This document shows, piece by piece, positions 52,009 to 64,000 of a stretch of DNA of 64,000 bases. Numbering within the stretch: the first letter of the stretch is position 1; the number at the start of each line of letters is the position of its first letter. The stretch lies in the NCBI GenBank assembly GCA_012295275.1, contig CM022672.1:27776001-27840000 (forward strand), in the 5' to 3' direction. The position numbers were made by a program, and so were the translations under genes. This stretch comes from Chrysomallon squamiferum (lineage: Eukaryota > Animalia > Mollusca). The notes below the pieces were generated by a model. The model saw nothing but the letters and a program-made list of their open reading frames with translations, ran no database searches and was not told the origin of the DNA.

Positions 52009-55000
52009 AACAAAAATAAACAAGTTTATAAAAGTAACAATTTTTTTATTTATAAAAAATATATATTTAAACAAAACGTAAGAAAGAAATTTTGTATAAA
52101 ATAATCACAAAATATACACATAAAGGAATATTTGACAGTGGCAAGTTTGATTACTTCGGTATATAAAATACATAATTTACAATTGATATATGCTAAAATA
52201 CATATACATTTTTATTGTCATTTTCATAAAAATTAAAGAAATATATTAATCGAACTTTTTAAGAATATGAGTGAAATATTTGAGTGAGTTGATGAATCAG
52301 TGAGTGATATAATTATGAGATTCCAATTTGTTGTATCATAAAATAAAATAATAACTTATAAAATGAGCTATGTACAAAGGCGTATGCTTAAAGACCAGTG
52401 GTCTAAAATTGACAATGAATGAATAGTATAGTAGGAATTTTAAAAACCTTTCTAGTATAATTAACGAAATTAAAAAAAAAAGAAAAAAGAAATGAACAAA
52501 GAAAATGGTGTGTTTGTATAGTAAATAAAAATGTAATAATAGCAATACAATAAATCTTAAAACAAACTGGCAGTGTTACTTTACAAACTAAAATAAATGC
52601 GTACAAGTATATAAATTGTAATTAAAAGTGCATAAATAGAGAAATGCCTCTTTAAATAAATAAATAAATAAATAAAATGCCTACTCATGTTACAAACTTG
52701 AATAATTTCATATAAATATAAAGCTTGGATGTTCAATAAATAAGACAATATCATATTTACAGATAAAAAGGTGGCCTGGCACAGCTGTGATAAGTGTCAA
52801 TGGATAAACAAAAGAATTTTCTTGGCTTTGGGTTTGTACTAGTTGTGATTTGACAGCAAACAAAAGTTACCTATCATACCACCATTGTTAATGTTTTCTC
52901 TGATGGAGCAAATCAACACTTGAAACAAAAATAGCCTAAGTTTTAAAACTGAACACTTGATGATTTTACGATAAAAAAGTGTTACTGGTACTTAGATTCA
53001 CAGAATACACTGCACTGTTTTGTAGCAAAGTTTGATTACGATTTTTAATTCGCCATTTACCGCAATGTTTTTAAAATCAAAACACGAAGTTAATTTGTTT
53101 ATTTCTGAACGTATTCATATTATAATTTACATACAGTAGAAATCAGAACACAGGAGAAAAAAAATGTAAACATTTTAAATAGCGGCAGTTTTTTTTTTAG
53201 TTGAACATAAAAAATACGGCGATTTGGCCCGGATAGAGGGATAGGAAACAATTCACAGCGATTTCGCTGCGCACGTGCTATTTACATTATGTATACCGTA
53301 CTATACGCTAAAAGTAGGAACACTGAAACCAAAGAATTTAAAATATAAACAACATATAAATATAAACATAGCTAGACCTTTCTACAATTTATGGCGATTT
53401 CGCTAACACGTGCTTTCAACTGCGGAGCTGTTCCACGGCACACTATAGTGTCGCACATTGTTTGAAAGGTAATTGAATAACTTCAAAAACATGCTTCCTA
53501 CATGTCATTAACAACATAAACAACATAGAAATATAATCATTTTAAATAGCAGCAGTTCTTTAGCGATATCGCTACACACGTGGTATTCATACTTTATTTC
53601 TACCGTTCTACAGGCTAAAAGTAGGAATACTGAAGAAAAACATACAAGTTTTTAAAAATATAAACATCAAAACAACATATAAATATAATCATTTTAAACA
53701 GCGCCAATGCTTACTAGTTCTAATAAAATGTACGGCGATTTGGCCCAGTGTAAATCGTAATTTATGACGCTTTCGCTACGCACGTGCGACTTTCAAATGC
53801 TGAACTGTTCAACGACGAAGATGACACACCGAGATGTCGCACACTGTATGAAACTATGAAACTGAAAGGTAACTGAATGAGCTTTAATTTGACTTTGAGT
53901 TTCTTGCTTCGTAGGCGTTATTCTAAAAATAAGCCAGTTCGAAGGCAAGGAATATACATTTGTGGATTATATGACATGCACGTTGTTAGAAATATCGAAC
54001 TCTGACCTTCCATGGAGCGACTTTCGCGTGGTTAAGCCAGGCGTATGTAGAGCGGTGCCGCTTTAGGGCTGTTTACAACGGGCGGGGCAGTTTTGTTTAG
54101 CCCCAGCACGTTTAACACTCTCGTACAAACTACTGATTTAACACACAACAGCATAATAATATGTATTTCCGTATATTTGTTTTTAATGGTATGTTTTAAA
54201 GAAGGAATATGGGAGAGGAGGAAAATGGACAAAATCTGCACTTTTAATAGCTGTCCAGTTATGTTTGTTAGGTTACTGGTACCTTAATAACTTCATTTTA
54301 ATTTTTACAAATATAATCGATAACAGAGACTGGCATCTGACTTCACTGAATATTTCATCATGAAAGCTTGATTATTAACAAAGATAGAGAGGAAAGTGTT
54401 AAAATATAGCAAACCTCTATTGACTTAGTGTTTAACTGGACGAAAATAAGTGCTTATTAGGGGGTTTGAAATTGCTGATACTTCCTTAATTTTCAACATA
54501 TTCACTTGATTTTGGTGTCATTTTAAAGGGTTTACAAGCTCTACCCAACTGTGTTATTTGTTTTCAGATTGGAAAAGACTTATTAACAGTGCAATGTATT
54601 GTTTTTCATGCTGTGGTTATATGGGATGAAAAAAAAAAGCCACTTTCATACAGCATTCGTGTTATTGCTTTAGACAATACATAGAAAATTTCAAAATTTG
54701 TAACAGTCAGGGAACAACCACAGTGATATCGTCAGACACAAAAAGCATGGACCAACAGGAACAATAACTCGTAACGGCACAAACTGCGTCTGCTCAAAAA
54801 ATGGCTCCAGATTTCTCCAATTTAATGGTTCCTTTCTCACTGGTTCTGACACGAGAAACACTGCCAATTAGAAAAATTAATACATTAATCTTATAAAAAA
54901 ATGTAGAATTTCAGTTTATTATGCAAACATTTGCACAATAATAATCCAGTTTGAAAAGTTTGATTAAGTTGAAAACGTAGTTAGGAAAGGTGTTGTACAT

Positions 55001-56169
55001 CTTGGTTTAGTAACAACCATCCTTACCTTTATTAGTGTAAATCACAAAACAAAAAAGAAAATGGACGTAAAAAGTTTGAATTTGATAGTTTTAAAACCCC
55101 TATGTGACGATTTCCGTGCGTACACGGAAATTTCCGATCGAAATTCAAGACGCCGGTCAGTTTTTTTAACATTTTGATTTTCAGAAAACCTCTGTTGGCA
55201 AAACAGGGAAATAAACTCCTTAATTATAACTTAGAGAAACTGAAACTTACTTACTAAATATATAAATAAATAGCATTTCTTAAGTTCGAAAATTCCTTTT
55301 ACCTTTTCTGTTCTTCTTCTTAATTAGATAAAAGATAACTGAAAAGTAAAGTGTAAGGGATAGTTTAAACAGAAGACTGGCAAAGTTGCTGATGTCAGTT
55401 TGCACGTGGGGATTGTTATACAACTCACAGCATTTTTCTTCTTCTTTAATTTCTCCTGTTTTTTTCTATCTTGACTTTGGACTTTTAAACATTCACGCCT
55501 TCTCCTGAAGTAGTTTCAAATATGTCCTAGAAAAACAAACCTGCTAAATTATATAAATGTTTGCACACGAGGGGGGAAAAATCAGCTCCATCCCAGACGG
55601 ATTGTAGAGGTTTTGTGGTTTCTTTCTAATTTGATTTTTTATTATTTTCTTTTCTTTTTTCGTATTAATGTGATCTTCTGCAATCAACTTGACAAAAAGA
55701 CACAAAAAATCATATTTTGTTCTATATCATATCACTTTCAGTAAATGTTTGATATTTGTGGGATTTTTATTTCTTTCCTTAATTTATTAATTTGTTGGGG
55801 TTTTTTATGTTTGTTTTTTTATATATTTTTTTAAATATTATTATTTTCAAGCATGGGACAACTTACCCCAAAATTCGCCTGTATTGACAACAACAACAAG
55901 AACAATAACAAGAACAATAACAATAAGAAGAAGAAGTAGAAGAAGAAGCTATTTAGCTTATTCCCTGATTTACTTAGCATATTTTTCATGTTTTGTTACA
56001 TATTTATGAGTAGAATATTTTCTCTGTGATGGTGTCTGCCTGAAACCCACTGATTTTCTCTTGTCAAAATTTCCATTCGATGTGCGAGAGCCTTTGTCAG
56101 AATAACTTGCATTCATTTACAAATTTATGTTTTTAACATATACACACAACACAAATTTATATATGTATA

Positions 56170-57340
56170 TGGTGATTTCCCTCTAGGTCACTTTCCCCCG
56201 TGACAATTCTTCTCCTGCTGCACAAATAACAACATCGAGGGCTGGCATGGCTGCAAGTATAAGGTGTCATCATCCAAATATCTGGCAGTTTCTGGATGTT
56301 CTGAAAAAAGAACAATCCCTCAGTGCTGTAACCTGCACCAGACACTGGTGAGAAGCCCCACCACCAGGGCCGGGTTGAGACCCTTAGAGGCCCTAAGCAC
56401 TAAAAAATGTTGGTGCTCCCATACATTTTTGTAAATCAAAATATAAGCAATGTTTAACAATAAACTGAAATAATTTTACAATGTTCTATCAAAAAAGGCT
56501 GGAATAAACAAAACTAAATAGTACTGAAAAAGAATTGTTCGTAAACTGAATGAATTAAAAAGATATCCAAGAAGAGAATTAAACGCATTCAAAACATATA
56601 AAACATACTTACATTTTAATAGATTAAACAGCCAGGGCTGAGTGTCCTGTTGTAATAGTCATTAAACAATTTAAGGCAAGAATGAGGTAATGAATTCACA
56701 TGCGACTAACACCAGTGACAGTTGGCAACTGAACTAGGAACTTGCGCTGTTTCAAATGCGTACTAGACTTGTGTTAAAAACTTGTATAACTTCCAATCTG
56801 CCAGCTCAGAGTACTTTATTTTGCACGATAAACATGACAACACAGGAGAGAACGCTTTATAAACAGAACCTACTCATTTTTCATTAAATTTTGAAAATGT
56901 CTATACATTTAATTAATTTAATAATTTAAATGCTTCCCTTGATGCCCTAAGCACGTGCTTATTTTGCTTATAGGGTTAATCCACCACTGCCCACTACCAC
57001 AACGTCGCGTCTACAGGGACATCACCCAGCAGCTTCAGACTCTGGTCACAGACTACGGCAACCGAGATCGCTTGGACCTTCTCCGTGTTGTTGCTCACTG
57101 TCCAAACAGTTATGTAACTACGTGTAATATGAAATGTTTAAAATAAACAGTTTATATTATATACAACATTCTTTTATATCCTATGAAGCCGTACAAGAGA
57201 TCAATTATCCTTGGCATTGTAGGCAGAGCGAATTGTCACGGGGGAAATGACCATGTGGGGAAATCACCAGGGGGGGGGAAATGATCGGGGGAAAATTACC
57301 GGGGGAATTAACTGGGGGAATATCCATGGGGTAAATGCCC
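56170..57340 (+). mobile_element. MULE relic (duplicate copy)
   Basis: Same as 48483-49640. Confidence 0.8.
56365..56989. mobile_element. hAT-type MITE (duplicate copy)
   Basis: Same termini and TSD as 48678-49299. Confidence 0.8.
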
Positions 57341-58266
57341 TATAAATTTCACCTTCCACTCTGAAGTGTTTGCTCGCATTTCAAAACACACGAATAACCA
57401 TTGGTATGCTCTTGTATTCTTCAATTTTGTCGAAGATTTTTTTTATTCATAAAAATTAATCATAATCTAGTGTGAATTATTATTTTACATTTTCATCCCT
57501 TCACAAACAAACACACACATATTATTTGAAAAACATATTCATAAGGAAGCACCCATTTCACATTTGTGCACCTGATGTTCTAATATCTGTAAATAAATAA
57601 TAGAAGATTCATCTTCGATATACCGAAATAACAATATTATTTACTCAATATTTAGAGAATAAGATATTTTTAGTTTCCTTTTTGTCATCCTTTTTCTCCA
57701 GTTCATATCTGAAGTTAAAACCTTTTACTAATATTTTATTATCTTGTTAAACAGCTCTTCAGTAATTACTTTTTGTAATTTTTATGGCTATTTACATATT
57801 CCTGCTTATGAGGTTTCGTCTCTGGCGAAAAAAAGAGGAAATTTTGTTGAAAAGTGTAAAAAAAATCCCATTAACACAATGTTATTAATGTTATTAACGT
57901 ACAAGTCTAAATTTAACTTCACTTTTTATGATTTATTTATTTTTATTTCTTCTTCTTATTTTTTAAATTAACGATATTAATTTACAACTGTTGTAAAAGC
58001 ACAAAAAATACATTTGCATCCACTGATACAGAGAATGACCCTTTACCCAGATTGAACTAGTAATAAGTTATTCAGTTTCCCTAAATTATCTAACGCATTT
58101 GGGTAATTTCTGTTAAGTATTTGAACTGCCACTTTTCAGTGCACCTATCTACGTTTTCTACTTGTCTGAAACACTTGTCGTTTTAGTTTCTTCTCTATTG
58201 AAGCAAACTTCAGGGGACAAACACATCTGCCGATAAAATTTGATAATAATAATAATAATAATAATA

Positions 58267-58307
<41 letters not shown>

Positions 58308-59620
58308 TAAATAAATAATAAAAAATAAAAAAATAAAATAAAATAAAATAAAATAAAATAAAAAAAAATAAAAATTATATAAAATTTTATGATAAAAATG
58401 TATTATTTATTATGTAGTGTGTGTACTTTATATGAGAATTTTGTCCTTTGTGTGTTGTTTTGAATGTTGTGCTGTAATGATTTTTGTTCATTGTCCTGTC
58501 TGATATGTGTAATGTATGCATTTTGGTATGTGTCTTCTGATCTTGTATGTGTTTCAGTTTTGTGTTCCCTGTGCTGTTGCTGTCTATGTTTTATGTCCTG
58601 TGTGGTGTATAGTGTGTGTTGGTGTGTGTGTGCTATAAATGATACATTTGGGTTTTGTGTTATGCAGTATGTGTCCTGTGTGTGTTGTTTTGATTGTTGT
58701 GCTGAAATGTGTCTAGTCTGTGTATTGTGTATTTGTGTTGTTCTTGCATGAGTGTTTTTTCTTTGGTGTTGTCTGTGTGTCTGTTTTGTATCCCCTGTGC
58801 TGTTGCTGTCTGAGTCTTTTCCTTGGAGATATTTGTATCTGTGTTTTATCCCCTTCGCTGCTGTTGTTTGTGTTTTATGTCCGGTATTGTGTGTAATTTG
58901 TGTGCTGTCTGTGAGTGTATATTGTGTGATGTGGTATGTTTTGTGGTGTCGTGTTTTGAATGCTATGGTGTGAACATTTGCGTTCCTTTTCCTGTATGGT
59001 GTGTGCTATGTGTGCATTTCGATATGTTTGTTGTTCTCGCATGTTTGTGTTTTGTTCGCAATTTGATATGTTTGTCTGTATTTTGTGTCTGATGTTGTAT
59101 ATGTGTTTGATTTTTGTATTCTGTGATGTTACTGTCTGAGTTTTTTTATCCAATAATAGTTTTATCTCTAATTTGTCCTCTCTGCTGAAGGTTTGTATAT
59201 TTTGTCCCATATGGTGTGTGTACAGTGCCTATTGTATATGTTTGTTTTTGTCAAATGTTTTGAGTTTTGTGTTTGGTATGATCTGTATGTCTGTATATGT
59301 CTGTGTGATGTGTTCTGTTGTTTTTGGATTTGGTGTGTGATGTATGTTATGTTATGTATCATGGGCTGTCTGTTATGTAGGTATTGTGTTTTGTGTTGTT
59401 CTGTTTTGTGCACACCACACAGGCACCAAACACAACATGTACCACCTACACAATACAAAACAGAACACAGAAGACAACCACTGCACAGTGTGGTGCTAGT
59501 GTGCATGTTGTGTGTTGAGAATTTGGTACATGGTATGTTTGGTGCATGTTTTGGTCTGGTACAAAAGCAAGTTTATTTTACACACTTATTATCGGTGTTA
59601 GATTCCACTGTGAAATGAAG

Positions 59621-59708
<88 letters not shown>

Positions 59709-60353
59709 AACAAAAATAAACAAGTTTATAAAAGTAACAATTTTTTTATTTATAAAAAATATATATTTAAACAAAACGTAAGAAAGAAATTTTGTATAAA
59801 ATAATCACAAAATATACACATAAAGGAATATTTGACAGTGGCAAGTTTGATTACTTCGGTATATAAAATACATAATTTACAATTGATATATGCTAAAAAA
59901 TACATATACATTTTTATTGTCATTTTCATAAAAATTAAAGAAATATATTAATCGAACTTTTTAAGAATATGAGTGAAATATTTGAGTGAGTTGATGAATC
60001 AGTGAGTGATATAATTATGAGATTCCAATTTGTTGTATCATAAAATAAAATAATAACTTATAAAATGAGCTATGTACAAAGGCGTATGCTTAAAGACCAG
60101 TGGTCTAAAATTGACAATGAATGAATAGTATAGTAGGAATTTTAAAAACCTTTCTAGTATAATTAACGAAATTAAAAAAAAAAGAAAAAAGAAATGAACA
60201 AAGAAAATGGTGTGTTTGTATAGTAAATAAAAATGTAATAATAGCAATACAATAAATCTTAAAACAAACTGGCAGTGTTACTTTACAAACTAAAATAAAT
60301 GCGTACAAGTATATAAATTGTAATTAAAAGTGCATAAATAGAGAAATGCCTCT

Positions 60354-60354
<1 letters not shown>

Positions 60355-60385
<31 letters not shown>

Positions 60386-60388
60386 AAT
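60355..60388 (-). promoter_or_regulatory. Candidate AU-rich element (7 overlapping AUUUA) in 3' UTR of the secreted-protein gene
   Basis: The minus strand reads (AUUU)n about 340 nt after the stop. It could equally be an ordinary (TAAA)n microsatellite. Confidence 0.4.
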
Positions 60389-60723
60389 GCCTACTCATGT
60401 TACAAACTTGAATAATTTCATATAAATATAAAGCTTGGATGTTCAATAAATAAGACAATATCATATTTACAGATAAAAAGGTGGCCTGGCCACATACACT
60501 GCCTGGATTAACGTAATCCTACTATAATATAGGTTTTTGGGTTGTGTGTTTTTTCACTTTAACATAATTTCCTCTAGATACATTTACTTAGATATCTTTT
60601 AAATTATGTCAAGCTGAATGTACTATAGTTATATATCCATTTGTCCTGTGCGTAATCATATACAAAAAATATATAAAAAATCGGTTTACGCGATTAACGC
60701 AGGGATTTAGAAAATACTGTTTT

Positions 60724-61071
60724 TTATGACAAATACTGGGCTTCCATTGCAAAGTACTGGATTTCCAGAGAGTCCAAGAAGGCAGACGTGTCCTTGTTGA
60801 TAATAAAGTCTCGCTGGTACGTCTGTGCTATGGACAGTTTTCGGTATTTGTCGGGCATCGCCGAGCGAGTCACGTGAACATCCACTGATGAGTTCAGGCT
60901 TTGGAGAGCGATATCGATCTTACAAAGCATGGCGTAAATATTTACTTCCACTCTGCTGACGTCATCAAGGAACTCGGATGCATGGTGCCCAATCTCGTCT
61001 AGGCGAACTTGTTCTAGCCAGACGGCGATTTTTGAAAGAGAACTGTAGTCTTTCTTCAGTGTCAAGATGGT
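60724..61071 (-). CDS. Secreted putative long-chain four-helix cytokine-like protein, last coding exon (TILTLKKDYSSLSKIAVWLEQVRLDE...YAMLCKID...QRDFIINKDTSAFLDSL...QYLS*)
   Basis: TTCCAG acceptor at 61073-61072; 348 nt open frame, phase 0, ending TAA; coding-like GC content. Confidence 0.85.
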   Translation of the reverse strand, partial: TILTLKKDYSSLSKIAVWLEQVRLDEIGHHASEFLDDVSRVEVNIYAMLCKIDIALQSLNSSVDVHVTRSAMPDKYRKLSIAQTYQRDFIINKDTSAFLDSLEIQYFAMEAQYLS

Positions 61072-61075
61072 CTGG

Positions 61076-61107
<32 letters not shown>

Positions 61108-61397
61108 TGGCGTTCGTCTGTTATGCTGAAAGTTACATTAAATGACTAGATGGTCAGTACCTTGTACAAATACTAGTTCCGACAGTATGAGTAATGGAAT
61201 GATAAAATTATAAGAAACTTGACGTCCTGATTCCATGGTAACTAGTAAATCATTGACAACAATTGAAGAAATTTTGTTATCTTTATAATTAATAAATTTC
61301 TTTCTTTCATTTTTATTTTTTTATTATATTTTTATGGTGGTTACAAAGTATATGAGACAGACGCTATCTAAGAAATAGTTATATGTAATGAACATAC

Positions 61398-61511
61398 GTC
61401 TGTTTCCGCATCTGACATGGCCTCATCGGGATTTTTTTTTGTAGGAAATTCCTCCAGATGTACATTTTTCAGAAAATCCGCAACGTCTGAACTTAAGATT
61501 CGGTGCATCCG
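61398..61511 (-). CDS. Secreted cytokine-like protein, middle coding exon (RMHRILSSDVADFLKNVHLEEFPTKKNPDEAMSDAETD)
   Basis: TTTTTTAG acceptor, GTATGT donor, 114 nt, phase 0/0, open; absent from the ORF track. Confidence 0.8.
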
Positions 61512-61547
61512 CTAAAAAATGGAAGCAAAAAATATTGTTCTTGATAA

Positions 61548-61588
<41 letters not shown>

Positions 61589-61918
61589 TTACCCCCCCCA
61601 CAAAAACAACAACAACAACATTTAATTAAAATTAATGAATGACAGACATGCACACATACACCACAAACATACATACATGCAAACATCCATCCATGAATTC
61701 ATCGATCCATACACATATACAATCATCAAATGTGAGGGATGATTGAACTACCTTATTCAGATTAGCAACATTAAGAATATTAATATAACCATACCCTGTA
61801 CCTAAACCTTCACCGGGCTCCATTCATTAATTTCTGGATGTTATATCCGACGTTACATGAACGAGCCTCTCCCGACACCCATGCTAAGAAATGATGAGAT
61901 ACTAACGTTATAACTTAC

Positions 61919-62146
61919 GTATTGTTCCTGCAACTGTTTTGAGTAATCCACTCCATTTTGAGTCAAATTAGCTATCTGACCTAAAGTCTTGTTAAGAGGC
62001 GGGAGAGGCAATGGATTCGTCCCCTCGATTTCTGTTGGCCCACAAGGGTGGGTCCATCTCGCAGTGGAGCGTCTTATGATCGGAGAGGAAAATACTGGCA
62101 GGACGAAGACAGCAATAGTTGCAATGAGTTTAATGCAGGAGTTCAT
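61919..62146 (-). CDS. Secreted cytokine-like protein, first coding exon (MNSCIKLIATIAVFVLPVFSSPIIRRSTARWTHPCG...SKQLQEQY)
   Basis: TTTTCAG acceptor at 62155-62154, AAAATG start context, hydrophobic signal peptide, GTAAGT donor; 76 codons. The spliced product is 229 aa. Confidence 0.85.
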
Positions 62147-62747
62147 TTTTAGTCTGAAAAAAGAAGAAGAAGAAAAAAGTAATAATAATAATAATAATAA
62201 TAATTTGCATTTCCCATTAGATTTATTGTTTGTATTTTGTCTGCCTGTACAATGATAAGATCTCAATCAATGTAACCATGGACTGAATTTTTTAAAAGTA
62301 TGAGGTAAATGAAGGACATCATATGATTAGGAGAGAAATAAAAATAATACAAAATAAAAAAATTATATATAAAAATAATAATAACAATAATAATAACAAA
62401 ATAAAAAAACTTTAAATAAAATAAATAAATAAAAGAAGAAAAAGAATGTTACTACTAGTCAATAAAATTTAACGATTACATTAGTGAATATTTCGTTTAA
62501 AAAAAAGAAAAATATAAGAATAACTTCAAATAATCAAATATAATTAATTCATTAATAATAATAATAATAATAATTACGAATTCGAAACGTCATCTCATAG
62601 TGCTAATGAGAAACTGAATGATAAATGTATCAAAGATTAAATAATTATATATTTATTATTATTATTATTATTATTATTGATCTACATGATAAATTGCCCA
62701 TTGCAATAAATAAATAAATAAATAAATAATATGAATTAGGCTTTTAC

Positions 62748-62805
62748 CTACGCAAAGAAATTCACTATATATGTCTTAATAGTTAATATGTACAAAGTTA
62801 AACTG
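62748..62805 (-). other. Probable non-coding first exon of the cytokine-like gene
   Basis: Initiator-like CAGTT at about 62805, about 30 nt below the TATA box; AG|GTAAAA donor at 62747. Confidence 0.55.
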
Positions 62806-62827
62806 TTTGGAGTTTTCTTTTTCTTTC

Positions 62828-63120
62828 TATTTATATAGAAAAATCAGGGGAAGTCTATTTTTATAAATGGAATAAGTAGTGAAAGAAACCAAAATTATCC
62901 AACGGAAGGGGTGCCCCCACTTTATGACCAATTGTAACAGTGCACAACCGGACTAAAAGTTTCTGTAGTGAAAGGATTTGGGGTTTTCAGCTTTGGACTA
63001 TGACTAACTTAAGGTTATTTCATACAGCCCGTTATGTCGGAAACGAGGCACGTCGGGATATACCATGACACATAGTTACGTCTGCTCTTGGTTTCATGTT
63101 TACCAAGTTTTTTCGGGAAC
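62828..63120 (-). promoter_or_regulatory. Proximal promoter: TATA box plus kappaB-, AP-1- and STAT-like sites
   Basis: TATATAAATA (62837-62828); GGGGAAGTCT 62847, GGGGTGCCCC 62908, GGGGTTTTCA 62980, GGGATATACC 63055; TGACTAA 63001; TTCCCGAAA (63119-63111). Confidence 0.55.
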
Positions 63121-63487
63121 ACAAAAGTCAAATTAATTTCTATGTTTCGTTTAGGATGTTAACAAGGAATTGATATTTATCATCAAGAAATCTGTTTGTA
63201 ACTTTAACTTTCTGGATATGTGGATACTGATTAAAATATATATATACAAATTTCTTCGTTTTATTCGAAATGAGATAAGGAAGTATTCAATACAGTTTAG
63301 AGATAAGTTAGGTTAAATAGGTCACGAAGTTACTTTCGGCTATTTTCGGAACGTTACCGCAAAACTGAAAGTTTAATGCAAATACATTACAGTCGTCTTA
63401 TTCCTATTGGTCCCTACTTTTTTTACTTTTTTGCTTTCCTTGTCATTTTTTCCTCTCAATATTATATTTTCTTCTTACTAGTCTTTT

Positions 63488-63550
<63 letters not shown>

Positions 63551-63626
63551 TTAGTTTTTTACAATATTGATGTTATCTTTTACTTTAAAGGGATAAATGT
63601 TGTATACCAAACGTAATAAATGTACA

Positions 63627-63684
<58 letters not shown>

Positions 63685-63798
63685 CAACATAAAATAAATA
63701 ATAAAAATTAAGTAGTCTGATAGTTTCCTTAATTTTTTCTGAATGATGAAATTATTACATAATTAATATTTATTTATTTATTTATTTATTTTTTAAAT

Positions 63799-63870
<72 letters not shown>

Positions 63871-64000
63871 CCACTAACGGCGACTATAACATGAACATTA
63901 CAAGACTATTCGGACGAAATACATGATATATAAGTTTGATGTACCCAGCAAAAATGATTTTTTTTTTTTTTTTAAATGTATATTAATAGGCATACTTAAG

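Larger units (their letters stand above)
45095..52780 (+). repeat. 7.7-kb tandem duplication, copy 1
   Basis: Begins ggcacagctgtgataag; near-identical to 52778-60490, and the ORF track repeats with an offset of about 7.68-7.70 kb. Confidence 0.95.
52778..60490 (+). repeat. 7.7-kb tandem duplication, copy 2
   Basis: Junction aaggtggcct-GGC-acagctg at 52778-52780; identity with copy 1 ends at gtggcctggc, 60490. Confidence 0.95.

Noticed and set aside
61853-62266. 137-aa ORF as a single-exon protein
   Set aside because: Its N-terminus is intronic microsatellite and its C-terminus reads through a GTAAGT donor. The real exon is 62153-61919.

Overview
AT-rich, intron-containing animal genomic DNA, probably from an invertebrate such as a mollusc (inference from gene and TE content). 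It is not prokaryotic, and most ORFs in the supplied track are low-complexity artefacts. Main contents: (1) a decayed I/Nimb-type LINE (RT + RNase H) at about 1.7-2.5 kb; (2) nine in-phase minus-strand exons (9001..5625) of a VWD + EGF protein (VWDE-like) whose 5' and 3' ends are not visible; (3) two large satellites (37-bp unit at 9.07-22.27 kb, 61-bp unit at 22.47-28.93 kb) joined by a 200-N gap; (4) a patchwork of diverged local duplications, exon-like relics, minisatellites and a Tigger/pogo element at 29-45 kb; (5) a near-identical 7.7-kb tandem duplication (45.1-52.8 / 52.8-60.5 kb) carrying a MULE relic with a nested hAT MITE; (6) a complete 4-exon minus-strand gene (about 62.8-60.7 kb) for a 229-aa secreted protein. 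This last gene is the most interesting item. It looks like an invertebrate long-chain four-helix (IL-6/IL-11/LIF/Unpaired-like) cytokine, with phase-0 introns, a TATA promoter carrying kappaB/AP-1/STAT-like sites and an AUUUA cluster downstream of the stop. The cytokine assignment is inference and needs structural confirmation.
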